The position numbers and the translations under genes are program-made. The notes beneath the pieces are model-generated. The model ran no database searches and was not told the DNA's origin. It saw only the letters and a list, made by a program, of their open reading frames with translations. A stretch of DNA of 64,000 nt from Nemertoderma westbladi. Taxonomy: Eukaryota > Animalia > Xenacoelomorpha. Shown piece by piece: positions 1 through 10,267 of this stretch. How positions within the stretch are numbered: the stretch's first letter is position 1; each line of letters starts with the position of its first letter. The DNA lies in assembly GCA_032718475.1 (NCBI GenBank), contig JAUCBJ010008209.1, forward strand, positions 1-64,000. Direction: 5' to 3'.

Positions 1-241
1 AACAGCATATCAAACAATAATATGAACCAACAGACCAACGAACACACCCACCACCTTACAGCACATCAGTACAGCAGTACAGTAGGTACCGGTAACGGAT
101 ACTGTACCTACAGACCTAGAAGATAGGAAAGACTGAATACCGGAATACCAGAAGAGGACCGGTAGGTAAAAGACCAGTAGGTTGGATCTAACCACCACCA
201 TGCCAGGGTCTACTAGAGCCCTAACAATACATAATCTAACA
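1..241 (-). repeat. 3' LTR (partial)
   Basis: Matches 4542-4671 plus 5259-5361 apart from two substitutions and an 8-bp duplication. Confidence 0.93.
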
Positions 242-250
242 TCTCCCCCA
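242..250 (-). other. Polypurine tract
   Basis: Minus strand TGGGGGAGA directly abuts the TG that starts the 3' LTR. Confidence 0.85.
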
Positions 251-319
251 AGAACAATGTAGGAGACATTTGTACTGAAAAAAAAAATCCAACCACCACC
301 AATAGGTCAGTTCCTTGAA

Positions 320-756
320 CTCCGAATCTTGCTGGTTGCTTGTAAGTTCTCGAACTGCGCCTGGGAAGATCATCAGCGAACTGTACCTGTTTTTGAGGCG
401 TTATATCACGAAGAGAAGAGTCATCTGGGATGGAACGCAGATAACGACGATTTCTCCAATACACCCGACCATTGTCTAGTTCTATCCTGTAATCTCGCCT
501 AGTACCACGGGAAAGGACGATACCAGATTTGTTCCATAGTTTGGAATGTGCACTGGAATGGAATGATGCAAACTCGGGAACCAATAGGAATCGGGGTTAA
601 GTCGTGAGCATGATCATTATAATATGATTCAGTTGCTGAAGACGTTGAAGGACCAGGGATAGGGAATGAATCACCTGCCAGTGTGGACGAATGAGCTGGT
701 AGGTATAGTAGAACGGAGGGATCTACCGAACAACAGTTGAGCTGGAGACATACCAT
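320..756 (-). pseudogene. Frameshifted integrase C-terminal region of the Gypsy element
   Basis: Successive frames give YYNDHAHDLTPIPIGSRVCI and LWNKSGIV...RDYRIELDNGRVYWRNRRYLR, typical of Mag-group integrase tails. Confidence 0.75.
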
Positions 757-3700
757 GTTCTTTAGGAGTATTTCTCCATTCTAGCAAACCACGAATAAAG
801 CAAGTAGAGTTTAGATCTCCTTTGACATCTAACTTTCTTATCAATGATTTCATGGCCTTTACAGCCCCCTCTGCATGGCCATTAGACTGAGGATACTCAG
901 GAGTAGAATACTCAGGGATGATATTCCATTCGGATAAGAAATCATGATAACGTGCTGAATTAAATTGTGTACCACCATCAGAACGAAGGCGTTTTGGAAT
1001 ACCGAAATCTTTGAACCATCCTCGAAGAGCTGAAATAACTTGAGAGCTGGAAGGATCGGCACGCCAAGAATGAATGCATGGCCACCCAGAATATCTATCG
1101 ACATAAACCAGGTATGACCAGGTGCTGAAGTAGAAAAGATCAGCAGAGTAATCCTCCATTGGAAGACATGGATGAGGGTCGCTGTGGAGAGACTCTTTAG
1201 GTAAACTTGGTTGATAAAGTTGACACTGGGGACAAGAATTGACTATGTTTGTAATATCGCTATTGATACCAGGCCAGAATACAGTTTGCCTAGCTCTCCT
1301 CTTAGAACGTTCAATGCCCTGATGAGCATCATGAAGGTGCTTCAGGACATCCTTGCGGAGGGAAGATGGAATTACAATCCGGGAACCTAACAAAAGAAGA
1401 TTATCTTCACAAGATAACTGATGTCGCACATTCCAGAATGGGCGTATGTGTACAGAACATTGTGTGGATGTTGAGGGAAATCCAGAAATAACAGCATCCA
1501 CCAAAGCCATGTAAGAAATTTCATCCTTTGCAGATGATCGGATAGACTCAATATATGAATCCTTGAGATGACTTGGAGCATCAGAGACAACAATTGAGGT
1601 AGACACGTGACGAATGACTGCAGAAACATGGTCATTGACATCTGTATCACAAAGAATATCCTCTGGAGTAGGATCCGAAACAGGGGCACGGGAAAGTGCG
1701 TCTGGAATCGAATCGATATCGGAAGTGATATCGGAAGTGATATCGGAAGTGATATCAGAAGTGATATCGGAAGTGATATCGGAAGTGATATTGGAAGTGA
1801 TATCGGAAGTGATATCGGAAATGATATCAGAAGTGATATCAGAAGTGATATCGGAAGTGATATCGGAAATGATATCGGAAGTGATATCAGAAGTGATATC
1901 GGAAGTGATATCGGAAATGATATCGGAAGTGATATCAGAAGTGATATCGGAAGTGATATCGGAAGTGATATCGGAAATGATATCGGAAGTGATATCAGAA
2001 GTGATATCGGAAGTGATATCAGAAGTGATATCAGAAGTGATATCGGAAGTGATATCGGAAATGATATCGGAAGTGATATCAGAAGTGATATCGGAAGTGA
2101 TATCGGAAGGATGGACCCAATCAGTTGGTTCGTTATCCAGAACTGGACAAATAATACCTTGTTCAACCATTTTCTCTAAGCGAGCTTTAGCCCAGTCTCT
2201 AATGGCTAAAGGAAGTTGCCTGGCTGTATGAATAGCATATGGTTGGGCATCATCTTTTAATGAAATGGTCATGGGTGGGCCATTCATTGGAAGAAGTTTG
2301 TCATCTTGGTCAAAAACATCAGAATAAGCCTTTATGAGTTTCTGCTTAACAGTATCCCTTTCTGAAGGTGAAGGTTCATCAGAAAGATGGAAGTCAACCT
2401 TGAATGATGTTGTTGGAATTGAGTTTTTAATACCAATAGGTGACATATTAGAAGAATTAGAAGAAGCAACAGACTGAATTTCTGCCACTGGTTCTGGATA
2501 TGAACTTGAAATAATTCCTAGGTTTTGACAAGTATACCATGCCAAAAGAATTCCATCGACTTCTTCACAAATGCAGATAAGCTCATCAGTTGAATATTCA
2601 CCATAGGAAATTGTGGTGTGGAGGAGACCAATGCATGAAAGAAGACTACCATTAGCAGCAGAAAGATCATCATGGTCTGGTGGAAGTAAATTTTCTTTGT
2701 CAATAGAAAGGGCCTGAAGAAAATCTAAGCCGGCAACAGTGGCCTCAGCACCAGTATCTGGAGTTGCTTTGAGAGAACCGAATAAATGTCCTGTTGCGAT
2801 ATGACAGAAGTTCAGAAATACTTTTGGAGCTTGTTGATTATGGCTTCCAATCAAATTGAGGGTGATGCGGCTAATGGGTTTTGTCTTAGGTTTTGAAGAT
2901 GAATTCGAATTATTTTGTTTAGACCGACAAACATTGGCAAAGTGGCCTTCCTTGCCACAATAAGAACAATCTTTGTTCCTTGCTGGACAGTCAGCGCGTT
3001 TATGGTCTGTTTTACCACAACCATAACAAACTATAGGGCCAGTAGTTGAAGAATTGTTTCTGGAATTGGATTTAGAAGAATTGTTGCGCCTGGAATTATA
3101 GGGCTTTTTGTTGTGAAAACGAGATTGTCGAGAAGCTTGGTTGATTGAAGGGTTTTTTAAATCCTGAACTCCAGCTTGGGCTGATTCCTCAGACCTACAA
3201 AGATTTACAGCATCTTCAAGCGATGGAAATGGAGTCAATGCAAGAAGTTTAGATCTGGTGTCCTCGCAAGAAATACCAGACATAATTCGAGTAGTCAACC
3301 GCCGATCGAAACAATGACGACATAGATCAGCATCTCGAGCAAGATCTTTAATAGCAACCAGGTAGCTATCAAAATTTTCACTTTGACGTTGTTTCCTATT
3401 ATCAAACTGAACACAATCAAGGGCTATATTCCGTTTACCACGAAAATAACTTTGAATACAATCTATTAACACCTGAACTGTTAAAGGATTATCATGTGTG
3501 TCAGGAGGAATGTCAATAACTTGTTCCAGTGTAGAGCGCATACCTATAGAAAGGTAACTCCTGAAAATACAGATTTGCCTATCCCTAGCCATTCTATCCA
3601 TCTGAAATGCAGAATAATAATCCGCCCAAACCGACTTCCAAGTTTCAAATTTTGCTAAACTGAAATCCGGTTCTAAAGCAATTGGTGCTTTAATTTGAAG

Positions 3701-3931
3701 ATTACGAGGGGTTGAGTCAGCCTGATGAACTACAGGTTGATGTGGTTGACCAAGTAATTGTTGAAATTGATGGGCATTTTGGGCTTGGGATTGTGCTAAG
3801 GAATCAGCCAAATCGCGTTGTGATTTAACTAAAGCATGTAGAAGAGCTGAGGTGGGATCAGGATTACCACGACCAGCCAACTGTTCTCTTAAAACCTCCA
3901 GTTCGGTTTCGAGTTCAGCTTTAGTAGGCAT
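671..3931 (-). CDS. Gag-protease-(repeat linker)-integrase polyprotein, 1086 aa
   Basis: Two CCHC knuckles (CYGCGKTDHKRADC, CSYCGKEGHFANVC); protease DTGA; RT start ending at PTDWVHP; (SDIT)n; RNase H end IPDALSR; integrase HHCC (HDAH...CPQC) and DDE core (ADLF, RSDGGTQF, SNGHAEGAV). Confidence 0.9.
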   Translation of the reverse strand: MPTKAELETELEVLREQLAGRGNPDPTSALLHALVKSQRDLADSLAQSQAQNAHQFQQLLGQPHQPVVHQADSTPRNLQIKAPIALEPDFSLAKFETWKSVWADYYSAFQMDRMARDRQICIFRSYLSIGMRSTLEQVIDIPPDTHDNPLTVQVLIDCIQSYFRGKRNIALDCVQFDNRKQRQSENFDSYLVAIKDLARDADLCRHCFDRRLTTRIMSGISCEDTRSKLLALTPFPSLEDAVNLCRSEESAQAGVQDLKNPSINQASRQSRFHNKKPYNSRRNNSSKSNSRNNSSTTGPIVCYGCGKTDHKRADCPARNKDCSYCGKEGHFANVCRSKQNNSNSSSKPKTKPISRITLNLIGSHNQQAPKVFLNFCHIATGHLFGSLKATPDTGAEATVAGLDFLQALSIDKENLLPPDHDDLSAANGSLLSCIGLLHTTISYGEYSTDELICICEEVDGILLAWYTCQNLGIISSSYPEPVAEIQSVASSNSSNMSPIGIKNSIPTTSFKVDFHLSDEPSPSERDTVKQKLIKAYSDVFDQDDKLLPMNGPPMTISLKDDAQPYAIHTARQLPLAIRDWAKARLEKMVEQGIICPVLDNEPTDWVHPSDITSDITSDITSDIISDITSDITSDITSDITSDITSDITSDIISDITSDITSDITSDITSDIISDITSDITSDITSDIISDITSDITSDITSDIISDITSDITSNITSDITSDITSDITSDITSDITSDIDSIPDALSRAPVSDPTPEDILCDTDVNDHVSAVIRHVSTSIVVSDAPSHLKDSYIESIRSSAKDEISYMALVDAVISGFPSTSTQCSVHIRPFWNVRHQLSCEDNLLLLGSRIVIPSSLRKDVLKHLHDAHQGIERSKRRARQTVFWPGINSDITNIVNSCPQCQLYQPSLPKESLHSDPHPCLPMEDYSADLFYFSTWSYLVYVDRYSGWPCIHSWRADPSSSQVISALRGWFKDFGIPKRLRSDGGTQFNSARYHDFLSEWNIIPEYSTPEYPQSNGHAEGAVKAMKSLIRKLDVKGDLNSTCFIRGLLEWRNTPKEHGMSPAQLLFGRSLRSTIPTSSFVHTGR
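1715..2109. repeat. 12-bp tandem array GATATCGGAAGT, 33 units
   Basis: Strict 12-bp period; variants GATATCAGAAGT, GATATTGGAAGT and GATATCGGAAAT. Confidence 0.98.
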
Positions 3932-4470
3932 ATCTGACTGTTGAATATTAGAGAAATTTCAGGAAATTAAATATCCGAAAAAATTTGAAAAATCCGAAAA
4001 GAAAAAATTTTGCAAAAATGTGCAAAACTTTTTCACGCAAATCAGCCAAAATCTGTAGTTATCGAATACTGGCAGACTGGAATACCGCCTGACTGCTGAA
4101 TGTGAATTGAATAGGTACCGGTAGTTATAATTAGGCTAGCGGGCGTCGCTGCCTACCCCTCACGGCCCCCGGACAGCGCAAGGTCCTCAGCGCCGATGTA
4201 GGCTACCGTCGTCGCTGTGTTTTTCGCCAACGTAGTAGCTACACAACGACAACGATAACCAGCGCGAGTCACTCCACTGTCCGTCCCAAGGGCTTAGTTT
4301 AGAAGAGTACTGGAGTAGGTACACCACCAGAAGTATAGGTAGGTAGCTACTGAGCTAGGCCTAGATCAGAATCAGTAGAGGCGACCGGTAGAATAATGTT
4401 GAATTATCTAACCTGCTGAATGCGCTGGAATGTCCACCATTTGAATAGGGTTGTAGGAACATCAAGTACA

Positions 4471-4481
4471 TCACTGCGCCA
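4471..4481 (-). other. Primer binding site (probably tRNA-Ser type)
   Basis: Minus strand TGGCGCAGTGA, 3 nt after the LTR-terminal CA (4485-4486); tRNA identity is inferred. Confidence 0.75.
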
Positions 4482-4484
4482 TAT

Positions 4485-5361
4485 TGGGATCGGAAATAAA
4501 TGAATACCAGCTGCATCAGTTTATTAATGGTCGACATACAGAACAGCATATCAAACAATAATATGAACCAACAGACCAACGAACACACCCACCACCTTAC
4601 AGCACATCAGTACAGTAGGTACCGGTAACGGATACTGTACCTACAGACCTAGAAGATAGGAAAGACTGAATTCCGATAGCTTATGCATTAAATTATCGGT
4701 CAGACCTGCAGACTGGTTAAAACTGCAGTAGCTACGAGCTACTGCGTTAAATTAAATTCCCCCATCCGTATATACTGATATAGTCGCATCAGTTCAACAC
4801 TGTTACACCTAAACCCAACTGAGTAACAGTTATTCATATTCATTCATGTTCATTCATATTATTAGTTTGAAGGTGGGGAGGATATATTTTCTAATAATAA
4901 AAAGGCTAAAACAATATAACCTCATTACAATAAATTTATCGTACTACGAAATTGGGGAGGAGCAGGTTACACAGACAAGGTTTTCTAACCAGAACAATAA
5001 ACGATACATACTGAATAACCGGTCTGCCAGTACTGTAACCATTGACAATAAGGAAGGGAACGGAGCAGTCTGGCAGTGTATTTTGAATTTATTGCAATTA
5101 CATTGGGGGGACCAAATCCGCGAACGAGGACCCAATCCGCTAGCAGATTTGGTCCTAGGGAGACCAAATCTGCTAGCGGATTGGGTCCGGGGGACTAAAT
5201 CCGCTAGCAGATCCGGTCCGGGGGGACCGATTCTTCGGGGGACTGAATCCGCTGTTACACCGGAATACCAGAAGAGGACCGGTAGGTAAAAGACCAGTAG
5301 GTTGGATCTAACCACCACCAAGCCAGGGTCTACTAGAGCCCTAACAATACATAATCTAACA
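4485..5361 (-). repeat. 5' LTR, interrupted by a ~590-bp insertion
   Basis: TG...CA ends; homology to the 3' LTR breaks at ~4671 and resumes at ~5259. Confidence 0.9.
4672..5258. mobile_element. Non-coding insertion in the 5' LTR, no TIRs
   Basis: Absent from the 3' LTR; contains GGACCAAATCCGCTAGC-type repeats (5106-5252) and a segment (4953-5010) similar to the MITE end at 8184. Confidence 0.8.
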
Positions 5362-5364
5362 ATA

Positions 5365-5486
5365 ATGCGGATGATCTAGCAAATGTCATGGGTGATAGGG
5401 AGTTGTGGCGGTGCAATTTTGTTGACAAGCCGGCACAGCATTCTTAAAAATGCAGCTGCAATGCAGCATGCCGATCCTAGTAGTAG
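5365..5486 (+). mobile_element. 5'-truncated 3' end of an RTE-like LINE with (TAG)n tail
   Basis: Near-exact reverse complement of 12069-12190. Confidence 0.9.
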
Positions 5487-5644
5487 AAGGCCTCGAAGAT
5501 GCCCTGTTTTGCCACACCCATAGCATGTCCTTGTCGTAGTGGAGGTATCAGGATTGGAATTACCTGATGCTCCGGATGCATTATTATTGTTTTTATTGCG
5601 ATCCTGGCTTTTGCCTCTGTAATAATTCTTGCGTCCAGTGGTTA

Positions 5645-6130
5645 GATAGATAGATAGATTTATTTATACATTATGCAAAAACAATAACAAATACACCAAA
5701 CAAGGTACCGGTATAAAGGTATTGTCCAACATAACATATACGATTACCCCTAAAGCTTTGCAGCTTATTTCCAAGGGGGTCCTTTATGTTACTTGGTTAC
5801 AAATACAATATTACACTACGCTAACCTAAAACCAATATAAAACGTAATTACACTATGTACATAGAGCGTGACAATGTCCGACTCAACGATAAAGATGTAA
5901 TGTACAGAACAATTTATTATACAACGTAATTACAGTATAAAAAGTAAATAATTAATAAACTAATAACTTACTGTAGGACTATTGTACCTATTTTTACATT
6001 GCACACGGAGGTGAGATTTAACTGCAGATTTAAAAGAATGTTGATTATTTAGGTTTTTAATTTCATTAGGCAGAGCGTTCCAATTTTTAATACCGTTAAA
6101 AAAGAAAATATCGTGGTTCTGTTAATAACA
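5645..6130 (-). mobile_element. CR1/L2-like LINE 3' relic
   Basis: Minus frame WNALPNEIKNLNNQHSFKSAVKSHL; 3' UTR hairpin region 5745-5783; AATAAA followed by (TCTA)n tail. Confidence 0.65.
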
Positions 6131-6255
6131 TGAGGATTTTTTAAGTCCTGTATACCAGCCAGGACAGATTCCTTTGATCTCCACAGATTAATGGAATCTT
6201 CTAGTGAAGGAAAAGGAGTCAAGGCCACAAGTTTCGAGCGGGTTTCTTTACACAT
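6131..6255 (-). pseudogene. Diverged gag fragment of the same Gypsy family
   Basis: CKETRSKLVALTPFPSLEDSINLWRSKESVLAGIQDLKNP aligns with CEDTRSKLLALTPFPSLEDAVNLCRSEESAQAGVQDLKNP in the 671-3931 ORF. Confidence 0.85.
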
Positions 6256-8183
6256 TGAGGGGGGGGGGGGGGGGGGGCTATCCCCCCCCCCCCCCCCCCT
6301 CCCCTCAATGAAATGTCTGCCAGGTTACTCAAAGTTCAGACTGTTGGAGGAGGACATATTAATGTCAATTAGAACATTTATTACCTTTTACAATACAGTA
6401 TTTATGTATGTAATTAGTATATTAAAACAATCCATGTTGGTTACTATATTTTATATTTTATCTATCTTTTTATCTTTATTTTTTATATTCTAGCTTTCCA
6501 ATGACACCACAATTACTGAAAGTCAGTAATAAGGAGCTGTACAAATCAAAATTCAAAAAGTATCACATTTTGTTTACATTTTACAAATAGTAATAATATT
6601 ATCTTCAACTTAAAGAAAAATAATTGTATGGTCTTCCGTAGTCGTTCGAATTCTAATTTCATTGTTAATAGCATTTTTAAAAAAGGTCCAACACAGTGGC
6701 GGATCTAGGATTTCTCCAAGGAAAAAAAAATGATACATCATCTATTATAGAGACAGGAAATTTTAACACTATAGTGGTCAAATTTCTGGTTAAAAATGAT
6801 GAACTCTGGGATTTGTGGGTTTTATAACTTTCAATATTAAATTATTCAATTTTAATTAAGGTTTCAATGACAAATGCTAAATTTTATGTTTACAATTTAT
6901 TATTATATTAAATGAAAAATTATTAATAGAATGTGAAAATCTTATAGGTTCCCAAAAACACGGGATGTAAATAAACGAGAATACATAGAGAGATATACAA
7001 CTGGACCACTAAATACAGTATGATAGGTAGAAAAACATTACCAATTAGATAAAGTTCATTATAAATATAATAACAACCTGACAATGAAAAACGCACTATT
7101 AGATACCGTACAGGTGCAAAGCAGTACAAATTAGATGTATTTCACTTTGCATTATACCCCCATGTAAGGATTGCCATGCTTTCACTAAGAACCCAGTTTT
7201 CAGAAGGGCTGAATCTAAACAAATTAATAAACGAATTCGAATCTGTACAGATTATAAGATATAAATAAGCGCTATAAAACACTTATTAAAGATAGATAAA
7301 ATATGTATTTAAAAAAATACATAATCTTCATATATAAAATTCCAATAGAATGTAGACCGAACATTGAAAACCTGGTATTCTTCACATCGGAAATATTACA
7401 AATTTTAGTTTTTAGTATAATACTAAAAACTAAAGTAATGATAATTAATTCTAAATAAGAAGTATCATATGTTTGCGTAATGTGGCATAGTCCTTAAGTA
7501 CTTTCAGTTCGTCAACAACAATATCAACATGGATGCTGAGAAGGGCAAGACCAGTAAGTCTCTCATCACCCATAATGGAACGAAGATATGATTTCAATAG
7601 TTTAAGCTTTGAAAAGCTTCGTTCCGCTGTCGCATTCGTTACAGGCAATGTGCCAAAGAGACACAACAATAGAGCAACTGTTTGATAGAATACGCTGTTG
7701 GCACGTTGAACCCAGTAGTGAAGAGAGCTGTCATCTTCGTTTGATTCTCTAGTTTCTAAAAACCATCTCTCGACTTCGGCTCTGACTACGGAGTCTGGTT
7801 TATTAATATCTTCACTATATCACTGGGAAGCTGCCAAAACTGTATCTAATGAGTCTGTGGTGCGGAATCTGGGAATGAGTTCTTGGAGTCCAAGTTGAGG
7901 GGGAGGTCTCGACTCGAATCGATCATGTAGCTCACCTGCAAATTAAATTGACAAAATTAATTAGGCTTGTTAATATTTATTTATTACTGCACTTAATCCA
8001 CATATATATTTATCTGTATTTCTATTATATTTGCAGATAGTGGTGGACTTTGACCACAAGCGAAAGTAGTGATCTTCAGCGCAAATTGACCGAGACAGGG
8101 GGGGGGGGGGGGGGGGGGGGAACTGGACGCAAAATCCGCCTTGGCGAATTAATATCCCGCCTCAATGTTAAATTCTCAATTTA

Positions 8184-8429
8184 GGGAAAGGAGCAGGTTA
8201 CAGTGGCACGTTATTTTAACCAAAACAATAAACTAAACACAATAGAACAGGTTACATTTTTATTTTTGAGAGTAATCATCTGTTATTTGTGTCGAATTTC
8301 CCCTGGAGAGGGATGAATTTTTATTGCATTCAGTTTCCCCCCCCTATCTGAATTGACCGCAAGTGAAATAATGTATAGTTTATTGTTTTGGTTAGAAAAC
8401 GCCACCACTGTAACCTGCTCCTCTTTCCC
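8184..8429. mobile_element. Kolobok-like MITE inside a hAT intron
   Basis: ~50-bp imperfect TIRs GGGAAAGGAGCAGGTTACAGTGG... / ...CCACTGTAACCTGCTCCTCTTTCCC; flanks TTTA and TTAA; purine-starting termini. Confidence 0.7.
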
Positions 8430-10206
8430 TTAATATTTTTAATTAAATTAAACCAATTTTTAAAACCCACTAAAATTTATTTTGTGTTTGTGGTCATTTC
8501 GCGCCATTGACTCTATATTTGACATTGACACAACAAAAATTAACCTGTGGACTTACCGCAATAACATGGTCCAAAAATGGCAAATATATATTCCGTTGGA
8601 AACGCTCCTCAGAAGACTCAGATGGGGCATTGGGCCTCTTAGTTTGGCGTCGAACGGTTCTAGGTGGGTGTAATGTCTGAGCTCCAATAGTTTCAGCTAA
8701 TTCTTGCGTCTCGTTAAATAGTCGCTGAAATACTGTTACAGCATTGGTTCTGTTGGTAGTAAGCGTTTGATGGATCTTAGATATTTCCCTATAAGCCTGA
8801 CCAAGATGTTGATTTACCTTCTGCAGATTTTCACTAGCAGTCACAGTGTAAGAAAGTATTGAAACTGCCACTGATAGTGAGACCAAGAATGATGGCGTTT
8901 GAATAGCTGTTAATAATGTCGCTGCATCCGCTGCTGACTTTCGATCTGTACCTTCAGATATATCTTCCAGTAATTCGGCAACATATGGCAGTAATTCCTG
9001 AAAAATCATGATCGAATTATGACGATCGACCCATCGAGTAGGACAAAGAAGCCGAAGCAGCCGCCCTTTCCATGCAGAATCGGGAACATTATTGTGCAAA
9101 ATCTCGTCAAGCAACTGAATACGCTTCAGTGAAGAAAGTACAAAGTCAGCTACTTTGTTTACAATTCCAAAGCAGTTTCTAATTTCAGGTAGCTCGCATG
9201 ACTTTGAATAACGAGATTAAGTCAATGATTGAAGCAATGGATTGGTATGGCTAGTGACTGTTTCTTAGTAATTATAGCTGCACAGCCATTGAATTTCCCC
9301 ATCATTGAAGATGCCCCATCATAGCCTTGTCCACGACAGAAATCTAATGACAATGCAAGTTCATATATATAGTCTGTAATCAGGTTTGCCAATCCCTGGC
9401 CAGTGAGATCTGTAGCATGTGCAAACCCCAAGAAATCCTCGTATACATATCCATCTTTGTCGACGGTTCTATAATTCAAATTAATTATAAATTTATTATC
9501 TTAATTAAATAAATATTCACAATATTAGTAAGTTGTACACAACGGTGAAAACGCCCAATGGTGTCTATCTTCTCCTTGACTGGCTTACTACTGTACTATT
9601 ATTTACTTACTAGGTTCTATTTAACAAACATCTTCATTAGTAATTTTGGCAGAACAGTTCAGATTAGCATAATTAATTATTATTAAGAAAAATTAATTCA
9701 CCATTGTAATTAATTTTTATTTCAATAATCGTGGTGGGATCGTGGCCTAGCCTGCGTTCTCGGGGGAGTTTGGAGGCGGCTTCAGTTCGCGCTCTTCCGC
9801 TCCAACTCCCTCTGTTTGCGTGGTGGCCGGCGTCCCTGGAGGGCGCTGGGCTTTGGGGATGGTGCGGGTCTGCGGGGGAATTACCTCGCAGACCATTATT
9901 AATTCACGGTGCACCATTTTTAATTGTATGTTAAATTTTATTGTCTTAATTGTTTTGTTCTGATTGGTGGTGGGATGCTGGTGCAGTTTTATATTTAATT
10001 TTGGTTTTATGGATTTGGATTTTTATTTCAATAAATGAAATACAAATATTAACACAATCTTAACATAAATATCTTAAACAAACTAAAGATTGTAGTAGAA
10101 TGGGATATCAACCTATATGCTAATTTTATACAAATTTAGATTACTATTTATGTAATTAATGTTAATGTATTTTAGAAAAACAAAAATTTTCTTCAAAAAA
10201 ACAATA

Positions 10207-10267
10207 CATCACAATGTGGGATCGAATCTCGAATTTCTAGTCCAGCGCTCTACAAAGTGAGCATTAG
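10207..10267 (-). mobile_element. Degenerate tRNA-derived SINE head
   Basis: Minus strand TAATGCTCACTTTGTAGAGCG (A-box-like) and AGATTCGATCCC (B-box-like). Confidence 0.35.

Larger units (their letters stand above)
1..5361 (-). mobile_element. Ty3/Gypsy (Mag-like) LTR retrotransposon, young, lacking RT/RNase H; 3' LTR runs off the window start
   Basis: Near-identical LTRs (1-241 vs 4485-5361), both starting TGTTAGATT on the minus strand; PBS next to the 5' LTR, PPT next to the 3' LTR; gag-PR-IN ORF between them. Confidence 0.95.

Noticed and set aside
1715-2109. CRISPR array or telomeric repeat
   Set aside because: No spacers, no cas genes, eukaryotic context; interstitial and unlike TTAGGG.
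1387-2231. ORFs 1387-2166, 1607-2179 and 1614-2231 with ISLP/DIGS/EVIS repeats
   Set aside because: Alternative frames of a stop-free 12-bp array.
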